A DNA stretch of 64,000 nt from Guillardia theta CCMP2712 (lineage: Eukaryota; Protista; Cryptophyta), in contig NW_005434461.1 in assembly GCF_000315625.1 (NCBI RefSeq), positions 5,196 to 69,195 on the forward strand, read 5' to 3'. The notes beneath the pieces are model-generated. The model was not told the origin of the DNA. It saw nothing but the letters and a program-made list of their open reading frames with translations, and did no database searches. Made by a program: the position numbers and the translations under genes. Positions within the stretch are counted from its first letter, which is position 1, and every line of letters begins with the position of its first letter. Shown here piece by piece: positions 47,900 to 59,339 of the stretch.

Positions 47900-50800
47900 C
47901 TAGAAGAGCTTCAGGTGGCTCGCCATGTCCCTGCGTCAAAGTCAATAGCAAATCAGCAAACGAGTCAACTGAGTCACGAGGACGCACCAAGGGACGAAGA
48001 GCTTCTTCTTCTCGTCGTAGATGTAGCAGAAGGCGTCTCCAGCCAACGCGCACGCGTCGACGTAGCTACACACCCACACCTCGAGCTCGCGTCTGACCAT
48101 GAGCTGTCCGAGGCCTCCCATCTTGAAGGTGCTGTTATGAGTATCGAGGCTCGGAACGATGTCTTTCCAGGTGTGAAGCATCTGACAGTGAAGGTACTTG
48201 CTGCTCACAAACCAGTACTGCGACAGCGCGTTGCTCGAGATGTTTGCAGTCCACGTCATCGTGAAACCCTGATACGCCACGCTCTCGTCCGCCTCGAACA
48301 CAACCTCCAGCACCCGCGAGCTCGCCGTCACCGTCAGGCTGCCGGGCTTGTGCAGGCCCGTGAGCTTGGCGACCTCCGTCCTCCCGTAGCACTCCAGCGA
48401 CGCTCCCAGGAGGCCGATGCACTCGTTGATCGTGAGGAAGTCGTATCCCGGCTCGAGGGCGAAGGAGGTGAAGTTGAGGGAGATGGAGGAGGCGCCTGGA
48501 GGCTGGATGATCCACCGGCAGTTGCTCCCGTCCTCGTACAGGCTTGACAGTGCCGATCCGTCGGACATGGACCCTCTCGCCTCGTCAAACAGCTGGCACC
48601 GGCACTTGCCTGTGCAGGGCTTGAGAGCTGAGCTGCAGATGCTGTCCTGCAGCTCCTGACAGGCTAGCGCGTGCTCCCCGCTGTTGCAGACAGGGGTCGA
48701 GCAAGCCCTGCAGGAGGACCCGGAGACGTACTGGCCGGGAGCACAGCGAATCTTTTTGATGAGGATGCGAGTGTTCTGACAGTACTGGCCTGATGACAGC
48801 GCGTACAGCTCAGCGTCAGCTCGGATAGACTTGGTCAAGCCGTTGAGGGCCATGACGCGACCAGCAGTCACGTAGTTGTAGTTTGACGTGGCGTAGACTG
48901 TGCCGTCGGACACCACGAGCTGCTGGAGACCCCACGGGTAGCGTGCGATGACCTCAACAGTGTCCGTGTCGTTGGGAGCTACTTGCCAGCCGGCCGGCAG
49001 CTGGACCATGCCGCACTGAAGCCTCTGGTTGGAGCTCGATAAGGGCCCTTGCAGGGGGTCCCAAGGCTCCGTCATGTTGTCCATGAGCACGGCGTACTCG
49101 TCCCCGCTGCGAGAGGTGACGGCGAAGATCCAGCCGCACTGGTAGAGCATCGCATCGGGATAGTCCTGCCTGCACGACCTCGTGATGTTGCACCGCATGG
49201 AGGCTGGCCTCACGACGACGTCGCTCTCCGGTGACGGCGGGGGCTTGCAGGCGAGGCAACGCGTGCCTGACTGGAAGTATCCCGGCTGACAGCGCCAAGC
49301 GCACTCCTCGTCAGCGGCGTCGAGGAAGTAGGCGAAGTTGGGAGCGTTCATGCAGGGCACACAAGCGCCTTGACTGCGATAGTGACCCGTGCCGCATCGC
49401 CACTGGCAGACCTGACCGCTCGACCCGTCGGCTTCCACATAGAGAGCGTTGCTTGGCTTGGGATACCTCGGGTCGCACGACGCGCATCCCTCATACGCCT
49501 TGTAGTATCCTGCCCGACAGGTCCATCCGCACCCGCCTGGTCCCGAGGAGGCTACCGCGTTGGCCGGTAGGCTGCCCGAGCATGGCGTGCAGTCTTGATC
49601 GCCTCGGCCCACGTAGCCGTCATCACACTCTAGGCGCACAAGCAGCATCCGCAGGGCGTAGTATCCGTTGTCGCAGGACGAGAGGGCGTAGGAGTTGCCG
49701 CTGCTGTAGAGCATGTTGCTGAAGATGCGGGTGCCGGGCGTTTGGTAGCTCATGTAGTCCTGGTAAGGCTGCGCCGTCTGGTAAGCGACTCCGTTGGCGA
49801 GCACGATGGCTCGAGCTCCCCATGGGTACGACCCGACGACTCTCACAGCTTCCTCGCTCCATGGCGCCAGCGTCCAGCCCGCAGGAGGCTGCTGGTACCT
49901 GGAGCCGTCATGCTGGCAGCTGAGGTTGAGCGACGTGGGAGCGACGTCGTCGAAGGCTGCGTAGACCTTGCCGAGGTACCTCACCACGTGCGTCAAGCTG
50001 TTACTGACGTTACACGCCTCTCCATGGCTCTCGCCGCTCGCGCAGGCCCACTGGCATGAGTTGGGCTGGTCCAGCAGGCCCGGGGTAGAGTAGAAGGCGT
50101 AGGGGGGGATGGGGTTCGTGCAGGGGAAGCACACCATCCACTCGGAGCTCCGGTAGAAGCCGGCATTGCACTCCCAGGGACACTTGCTGTCCGCATATTG
50201 GCTGGGGCTGGAAGGAAGAGCATAGCTGGCGTTGGCAGGGATGGGGTTGGAGCAGGGGTAGCAGTAAGAGCCGGAGAGGTAGAACCCGGGAGCACAGAAG
50301 AGCGACATGAGAAGAATGTCGCTGCACGTGTTCCAAGATCGATACATACCGTCATATCCGATCAGTGAGTTGGATCCCCATCTATATGGGTAGTTACAGC
50401 ATTGACAGCTGCTGGTGTACCAGATAGAGCTGTCGGATAGCTGGAGGTAACATACTCCCCACCGCTGAGTCGCGATCGCCATCTGACTGTCCCAGGTGTT
50501 CGCAGCTATCGCCCAGCCGTCAGGGATGCTGCTGAAGGTCAATGGTGTGTTGCACTGGTAAGGTTCGTCAGGCCGGTGGCCTTGTAGGGTGGTGTAGTAT
50601 CGGTTGCCGTACTGGAACATCTCGCACTTGCTGGCGTTGACATTGCTCCCTCCCCCCTGAGATTGATAGTGACCGAAGTCACACGCCCAGCCGCATGCCG
50701 TCCCGTTGCTGCCCTCCCGCAGCCAGTGAGCCGCCCGCGGCTTCCTGCCCTCGCACGCGACGCACTGACCGTCCTTGAGGAGGTAGCCCGCGCTGCATCG

Positions 50801-53800
50801 CCACCCGCACTCTGTCCACGACCCGTTGACCCCTCCCGGCCCGTACGCTACGTACTCCGCGTGCTCCGGCGCCGTCTCGCACGCCTGACACGCCTCGCCT
50901 CGTCGCGTGTAGCCGGGCTCGCAGGCCCACGGGCAGACGCTGTCGGCGTAGCGGCTGGGGTCCTGCTGGGCGACGTAGAGGGCATGAGGGGGGATGGGGT
51001 TAGAGCAGTTGCCGCAGCTCGAGTCGTTACGGAGGTAGTAGCCCGCCGCGCAGTACTGCGACACGAGCAGGATCGACCCGCACGATTCTGACGACCTGTA
51101 CATGCCGTCGTATGACACCAGCGAGTAGCAGCAGGTAGACTGAGGCGACGACGACGAATAACACCGAGAGCTGTACCAGGTAGTGCTGTCAGACATCATT
51201 AGGGTGCAGGAGCGCCAAGGGTACATCCACGCTGTCATGCGGCTGTCCCAGGTGTTCGCAGCTATCGCCCAGCCTGCCGGGATCGCCTTCAGCCCTTGAT
51301 TGCAGTTGTAGTAGTAGTAGTAGTAGTCACTATTTTCCCAGTTCCATGGGGGAGAGCCGTCGAGGGCGGCGTAGTATCGGTTGCCGTACGAGCGCAGCGG
51401 CAGACAGTCTCCGTCTGCCGACGCGAAGTAGCCGAAGTCGCACGCCCAGCCGCATGCCGTCCCGCTGCTGCCCTCCCGCAGCCAGTGAGCCGCCCGCGGC
51501 TTCCTGTCCTCGCACGCGACGCACTGACCGTCCTTGAGGAGGTAGCCCGCGCTGCATCGCCATTGGCACTCGTACTCGATTTCGTGTCTCATCGTCAACT
51601 GGACATACTCAGCATGGGCTGGCAGCGTCGCTCGGTCACAAGCTACACAATGATCGGCTTGCTGCTTGTAGCCGGCGTTACACACATATGCACAGGTGGA
51701 GATGAGCTGGTTGTCTGCTGCTATAAGACTGCCATATGACGAGTTGGCAGGCAGCGCGTTACTGCAGGGCACACAGCTTGAGCCGCTCTTGAGATATCCC
51801 GGGGCACATTCAGTAGACCTCAGCAGAACTCCCTTGTCACAACCATTTGCCTTGTACATGCCGTTGTAGGAGCTCAGATATCCCCAGCAGCATTGCTGCG
51901 GACTGGTAGAGCTAGTGCTGCGAGCTGTGTACCACAGAGAGCCATCTGAAAACACCAAGTAGTTCGATCCCCAGGTGAAGTACCAAGTGACGTACTGACT
52001 GTCTTGGTCGTTGGGGGCGAGCTCCCATCCTGCCGGTACCGGCAAGTACGGATCGTCACGGCAGGTGTAGGGGTCGTTGGGAGCTCTGCCGCTCAGAGTC
52101 GTGTAGTATCTTCCGGCGTACTTGGTCCCGACGCACCTTCCGTTGCTCCTCACATACCCGAACCGACATGACCACTCGCACTGCCTCCCGCTGACTTCGC
52201 CTGCTGTGAAGTAGGCGAACTCTGGCAGACTCGTCTCGCAGGCTTTGCATGCCCCGTCTTGGAGGTAGTAGCCTGCATGGCACGTCCAGCTGCAGCTCTC
52301 TCCGGGCTCGCTCGTGGTGTACACAGCATTGGGAGGGGCTACCGAGCAGGCGACACAAGAGCTCCCGTAAGCATCCCTGTAATAGCCGGCGTCGCATCGC
52401 CAGTCGCAATTGTTCTTGTTTGCAGGCGAGCCGCTGCTGTTGTAGGTGGCGTGATTAGGCTTGTAGCTGCTGCACGGAATGCAGCGGGTCATGTTGGAGG
52501 GATCCCTGTAGTAGCCCGCGAGACAGTCCTCTGCTACCACCAGCACCGTCCCACAGCTGTCTCTTGACACGAACATCCCGTCGTAGCTGTACAGTCGCGA
52601 CGTACAGCACATGCCTCCGTATCCTGTGTTCCATGCCGTCCCGTCCTCCAGCACGACATTGCTGGCCCCCCACGGGTACTGAGATACCACAGAGATGCTG
52701 TCGCCTGTGTTGGGCGCTATCATCCACCCCTCCGGCAGAGCTCTCGCTACCTCCCAGCTGCAGGTCGAGCTGTCGTAGGGAGCCCTCCCTCCCAAGCTCG
52801 CATAGCGCTGTCCGTTGTATCCTACGGTGATGTCGTCGCAAGAGCTGCTCCCGCTCTGACGATAACCAAAGTCGCACGCCCACGAGCAGCCTGACCCCTC
52901 CCAGTGAGCATTGGGAGGCAGCGAAGACGCGCAGGCCTCGCATCGCCATCCGTCGACCTCGCGGTAGCCCGGCAAGCAGCTCCAAGCACAGCTGTCTGCC
53001 TTGCCCATCAGCCCGCCGCCCACGTAGACGGCAGCAGAAGGCTTGCCCGCACACTTGGAGCACGTCGAGCCTGACGGGTAGAAGCCAACCTGACAGCTCC
53101 ACCCGCAGCTGCTCGCCTCCTGAGGGTAGGGCGAGAGCACGTACTGTGCGCCGGAAGGGATGGTGTTGGAGCATGGGACACAGCGAGACGCGTTCGTCGA
53201 TCCGCTTGCAGAGGCTGCAGGAGCGACGGCCATGTAGCCCGATGCGCATACGGGAGCGAGGAGCAGAACTCGAGCTTCGCAATCTGACGAGCGATAGTAA
53301 ACTCTGTCATACGTCGAGAGATAGCCGCTACTGTAGTACGAGCCCGGGTATTGCCAGTAGTACCAATACCAATAATACCAGTTATCTCCTGACATGACGC
53401 TGTTGGTGAAGTAGCTCGAGCTGCTGTCCAGCACAAGCCGAAGAGCTCCCCAGTCGTACTTGGCGGTGACGTTGATGCTGATCTCGTTGTCCGGAGCGAT
53501 CGACCAGCCCGCAGGCAGCGGCAGGTACTCCTGCCATTCCGACACACAGCTCCACATGGAGTACTGCGACGTAGGACCGTACCCGCCAAGAGTCGAGAAC
53601 ACGTACCCCTCCTCTTCCACTACCTCCTGCCAGGCACAGGAGTCCGCCCCCTCCCCGCGCCCTGCCGACACAAACACAGCGTTGGCCGGCCTCTTGGTGC
53701 AGGGCATGCACATGCTCCCTGACTTGTAGAAGCCAACGTCGCACGTCCACCCGCAGAGCTCGTTGGAGTAGCTGGCGTTGCTGGGCTTCCCTTCGCACTC

Positions 53801-55400
53801 AGCGCAGCTCTCGCCTTTGAGGTGGAACCCGGGTTGGCATATCCAATCGCACGACTGCGATGCCGTAGAGAAGTCGGAGGAGTAGATGGAGTTGGGAGGG
53901 ATGGAGTTGTTGCACAGCACGCACGGCAAGTCAAGCATCACATACGGCGACGGCACACCAGAGACAAGCAGACGAGCCTCACGGTCGGGCATGGAGAAAG
54001 ACGTCAAAGTTGACCCCCTGCCGTCGCTCATCATGTACATGGTCGAGAAGTAGGTGTTCTGCAAGCCGATTGCGACCCGCAAGGTGTTGTTGGCAAAGAA
54101 AGTCACCTCGAAGATGAGATTCGGATGCCCCGGGAGCCCCGAGGTAGACGAGGTCCCCTCGAACCTCACCACGTATCCCCGCATGTCTCCCTCCCTGGTG
54201 GGGGTCCCGACGATCAGCTGGGCTGAAGTGTCTCCAGCTCCGACAAACAGAGTCGGGACGTAAGGATTGCTGGCTGACAGGGAGGTGTAGGTCGACCAGG
54301 CTTGTCCGAAGGTCAGGTAGCTATTGGACGATATGTACACCGATGATTGCACGTTGTTGCCTCCCACGCAGAAGGGAAACCCAAGGTCCGGCACTCTCCA
54401 GCTCCCGTCATCGACAGAGCTTGGCGAGAGGATGTAGGACCAATTTCTTCCTACCGCCAGGTCTGACTTGAGGTAGGACGTGTTGAGGATCGTCGCATTC
54501 GGAGGGCCTTGGAAGTGCGCAGGCGCTGGGTCGGCAGTCGCGGAGTCTCGATACCTCGTGGAGCAGAAGTCTGGGGTCTGACCTTGCGGGCATCCCACGT
54601 ACACGATCAGTATCCGCATGTTGCAAGACGCCGGCCAGTACAAGCCGTCGCTGCTGCGTAGAGAGGAGCCTCCATTGGAGCAATACCAGCAGTTTGTGCG
54701 ATAGTATGAGCCGCTTTCGACCAACATGTAATCGGTTCCCCAAGTGTACTGACTGATGACTTCTCTCGATAGCCAGTCATCCGGAGCGATGGCCCAGCCC
54801 TTCGGCAGCCGCAAGGCTTGTGTCTGGCAGTCTTCGTTGCTGCTTGTCCTCTCCGACATGTAGTATGTGCCGTCGAGGGTGGCAAACTTTCTGCCGCCGT
54901 ACATGACGCTAGGAAGATCGTCTCCGCGCCGCTCTCCATCATCCTCGGATATCTGATAAATGTAAGGTCAGCAGCTGATGCTTCAGAGATCGTCATGTTA
55001 CCACGGAGTTGTCGCGGAGCGAGTACTTGCTGTCCGCAGATCCCACAGATCGCTGGAGGTCGACATGAAGCGCTCTCAAGTGCGCATTTGATGATGCAAG
55101 CGAAGTAGAAACTCCTTTGCGATGAGCTCGATCGCCTTGACTCATCGGGCGCAGCTTGTCAGAAGCCGGCATCTTGCTTGAAGAGGAGCGCAGCTGACGG
55201 TCAAGAGAGTCCTCCTGAGCGATCAATTGCTGGATCTCCATCAGGCGTGAGGTGATGGGGGACGAGGCAGATCTCTGAGAGGGGCTGGTAGGCTGTTGAT
55301 GCAGAGCATCGTCTCCTGTGGCTGAAACAGAAGCAGAGACAGAGAAAACAAGAAGGAAAGCGAAAACAATCCCAAGACTCATCAGGCTGATGCGAGCCAT
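47900..55400 (-). CDS. Large secreted Cys/Tyr/Trp-rich mosaic protein (8x unassigned module, Cys-rich repeats, NIDO-like segment, CUB domain)
   Basis: Signal-peptide exon (MARISLMSLGIVFAFLLVFSVSASVSA) joins by a phase-0 intron at 55001-54953 to the 2320-aa ORF. It has repeated CxWxCxAGYY..CxxC units, LGFPFCVGG..SVYISSNSYLTFG (NIDO-like), and YEDGSNCRWIIQPP..LNFTSFALEPGYDFLTI..VFEADESVAYQGF (CUB). Confidence 0.9.
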
Positions 55401-56347
55401 GTCGCGAGAAAATTGAGACTGGAAGAAGAGATCGGTCAGAACACAATATATTTGCAGGGCTTTAAAAGCACGATTAAGTCACAAGATAGTGAGAATGGTC
55501 GAGTGTTGGCAAGGTTTGCAGTCAAAGAGCTATGATTGCACTGCGAAACATCGGACTAGAGCTGAGATATTCGAAGGGGACAACATGAAGTGAGGAGAGG
55601 ATGATTCATTTCTAGAGCGATTGAGGAGGAGAGCAAGGAAAGGAAGCATTTGGAGGGCACAGGAGAGCAGAAGCCGGGCAAGGCCATGGCCATGGGGAGC
55701 GGGAGGGATCAAGAGGATAAGTGCCAGCGATCAAATAAAGGATACTAGTCGTCTTTGAGTAAAGGAGTGAGTCGTCCACCCCCTTTCCTCTCGAGTTCTG
55801 CGTGACTACCCCGACCCTAATTGACTTAGGAAGTACCCCTCCCGTCGAAAGGCAATTAGTCAGCTACACACCCCTGTGATTAATGACCCACCCTAGCAAC
55901 GCAGACACGCCCGTGATCTTCTCTTCGACCACCGGTCCTGATGTCAACTTTGGTACTCGAGCAGTTGTGGAGCTAGTTGAATGTTCCCTCTTTCCACCCC
56001 ACCCTGCCCTACCGTACCCTGCCCTACCGTGCCGTACCCACCACCTCAACCGAAAATTGATTTTAGTTCCCCTACCCCTCCTCATGATGCTCAACTCACT
56101 TCTATTTGACATCCCTCTTGCTACGTCTCGTGGGCATACCCCTACTATGCCCTCCCACCCTACCCCTGTCTCTCGCTTAATTGCCCATTACTGAGATTCC
56201 ATGGGGTCGTGACCCTTGTCAGAGTCTTGTCAGTGACCCCCGGCCCATTTTAGAACAGTGTCCTCTGAGTCACTGAAACTCCGGCAGCCCCGGGCCCGGG
56301 CTGACTCCGGCAGCCCCGGACTTCGGCGGATCAGAGAGATCGGGCTC

Positions 56348-58459
56348 ATGGCGGGGGTAGAGGTCGCGCGGGCGGGAGGATATGAGCAGGGGGAGATGAT
56401 GGACTGGGAGGACGGGAACAGACGTTGTCTCGTCAGGTAGACTGATGTTCCTCCTCCTGTATCCCCTCCCATGTCTGCGCTCTCTGGCTCTTTCTCTCTT
56501 TCCCACTTGCTTGTCCTCCTCGGACTGCTGTTTGACGCTTGATCCTGGTAAGGTTTCGCCATGGCGAGGAGACATGCTGGATCAATGACAGTTTGATCCG
56601 TCTGATACCCGAAGAGCATGATCGCGCTGGGTTCAGTCCGTCTCCCGGGGATGTTGTCGAGGCAGCGTTGCCCGACGAGAATGGGAACTTGAGGTACTGG
56701 TGGGAAGGAGTAGTGAACGAGGCAAAAGGAAATTTCTTTGTCGTCGAGTTTCCCCATGAGCGACACTCGAAGAAGAAGGAAGTGGTAGAATTGGATCATC
56801 TCAGGCCAACTTACGGACACCCTACGTTGTGCATCGAAAAGAAGATGATCGAATTTCCTCCGAACATGCAAGCCTCCAATGAAAGAGTTGAGAAGTTCCT
56901 TGATTCCAAACTCAAGAACGTCATCGGCATTGTAAGCATGCATTGCTTTCTTCCTCCAATCCTTTATTAACTCTCCATTTCTAGAGAGGACTGATGACGT
57001 CGAAGCTGGATGTTGAGAACAGACATTTATGCTTGATAGGAACGGTTGTGACTCTGACCTTGCCTTGACGATTTCATATTGACTTCCCTATAGCTTCCTG
57101 CAGTGGAGGTTGCCTCAAATCTCGTGGATATAATCTTCACACAAGTATGCTGAAGATGAGACAAGTGGAACTCGATCTGACAGTCTTTCGAGGCCATACA
57201 CATGAATCTCGTGAACAATGCGCAGAAGAATACAGTGAGTAGCTTCCTGATTGTACATCGTTTGAAGTGAAGGTGTGAACAGGAATTTATCAACGTGGAG
57301 AAGAAATATGGTGACCTCGACTTTGCAGTTGCTCTTCGCTGGCTCTGACAAAGGTTGGCAGCATGCGTGAGCTTCCAAGTTGATCCCAGGTACCTGGGGC
57401 TCGTGATCGGACCCCAAGGAAGAAACTTGAAACCAGCCAAGGAGATTCAAGGTGAAACAAGTCGGATTGCTCTGCTCATTGTAATGAATGCGCGTGAAGG
57501 CATTCAGAGCATCGATGTGTATGCCAACGGACTTGTCAACATCTACGGGGACAATCAGAATGTGTGAATCTTATAGCACTGCTGCTATCTCGGTCTTGGT
57601 CTTTCCTGACACTCCTCTGCTTCATACCAGGTGGTGGAAGAAGCTCGGAAGGAGCTGGAGCTGGTGACAGAGAAGTAGGTCGGGTTTGAGAGTTGGAGTG
57701 ATGTTGATCGATGTGCTCGAAGCATTCCAATCCATCGGAATCAAGTTGGGCTGATCATAGGGAAGGGAGGATCCCAGGTAAGGAAAAGTTCTCCTTTGGA
57801 TTGAAGAATGTCGATGTGAGGTTGAGATTGTTAGATCATTGAGCTGCAAAAGTTTTCGTCCTCTCGAATGGTCGTCAAGCAGGTTGGACGATCAGCGAAT
57901 ATCCTTGTGTGGGAAATTTTGTTTTATCTTGTTTGCAGGTGGAGGATACTGAAGAAGCATATTACATCCAAATGTTTGGAACTCGGCATTCAATAGAGAC
58001 GGGGCAGGTGATTTTTCATCGCTTTCAAGCTGCGATAAGGTCAGCTGACGCTATCTTAGGCGCTTGTCAAATATTTGATCTCAACTTTCCAAGAGAAAGA
58101 GGAGAAGCAGGTCATTGATTGAAGCTTTCAGACTCTTCTCTCCTCTTCTCTACTGCCTCTTCCATTCCTCTCTCCTTCACCCGTCTCTCCTCTTTTCTCT
58201 TCTCCTTCTCTCCCTCCCTTTTCCCTCTCTCCCTCTGTCTGTTTTGCTTCGCTCCCTCCATCTTCATTTGCTCTTGCCCCCTTTCAATCCCGCTTGTTTC
58301 CTCGTCTCTGAGTGATTCTCCCCTTTCCAGGCTTTGATATCGAATCTTTCCGACGAGCTGAGAACCATGTCCCATCGCAAGCTCAGACCTGGACGGAGGA
58401 GGCAGGAGGGCGTCAATGATGTCGCAAGTTCCCAACAGAACCTTACGCCTTCAACTCAA

Positions 58460-58497
<38 letters not shown>

Positions 58498-59030
58498 CCA
58501 GCAACAGCACCAGCACCAGCACCAGCACCAGCACCAGCACCAGCACCAGCAGCAGAACTCAACAGAAATCTTTCAAGATGTGCAGGACCCAGCCGAGCTC
58601 AGGAAAATGGAGTCAACAGTTATTGCCAGCCACAAACCAGCGGCAGCAGAACCTGTTCCTTCCCAGCGAAGAAGAGTGAGTGAAGAAGAGAACGGTTGGA
58701 GAAGTACTGACGAGATTTCAGAGGAGAGATACGTCAGCTACGGAAGACAGCACTTCTTCGAACTCCTCTCCCTTCCTCTCCGACCATGCTCGGCTCGAAA
58801 CGTGGGGCGCTAGTACACATCAACCGCTCGCCTCTTCCAATTTCTCGACCCCCAGCACCAACGACTCGGACAAAAAGTCGATGGAGGGAGCGACGTCGAG
58901 GCTGGTGAGCTCGGGGAGGGACGAGCTCCTGCTAGGGCTCCAGCTCTTCCAGGAGGGTCAACGGAAGGCTGCAATGCAGGGACAGCAGGAGGGGCAGGAG
59001 CGTCGAGGTAAGGGAGGAAGAGTTCTCTGA
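56348..59030 (+). CDS. FMRP/FXR-like RNA-binding protein (tandem Agenet/Tudor + KH0 + KH1 + KH2), poly-Q/QH tail
   Basis: Agenet2: GDVVEAAL..WWEGVVNEAKGNFFVVEF..EVVELDHLRP. KH1: FQVDPRYLGLVIGPQGRNLKPAKEIQGIQSIDV..VNIYGDNQNVVEEARKELE. KH2: IPIHRNQVGLIIGKGGSQIIEL. Exons were joined by hand; the 3' end is approximate. Confidence 0.85.
58459..58555 (+). repeat. Coding (CAG CAA)n/(CAG CAC)n repeat encoding poly-Q then (QH)n
   Basis: Direct observation. Confidence 0.9.
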
Positions 59031-59339
59031 AGTTGCTGAGCCCTGGCAGGTCCTTACCATGTCGGGGAGGAGAAGGAGAGAGCAGCAGATGTGCGGGACT
59101 GGAGGTTCAGAGGGCGAGGACGACCTTCTCGTAAGCCTCGCAAGTAGCGGGACGAATGAAACGACTGAAATGAGGAGACCGATGTCTCTCGCTTGCTTCT
59201 CCCCGCATCTGAGTTTTGTTTCTTTGCTGCCCAGTAGACATGGCAAGAGTCCTTCTTGCATTGTGGGGGATGAGTTGAAGTCTAATCTAGGATTGATCAT
59301 GGTCTACAGAGAAGAGTCCTTTCAAGCAGCTTTTGATCG

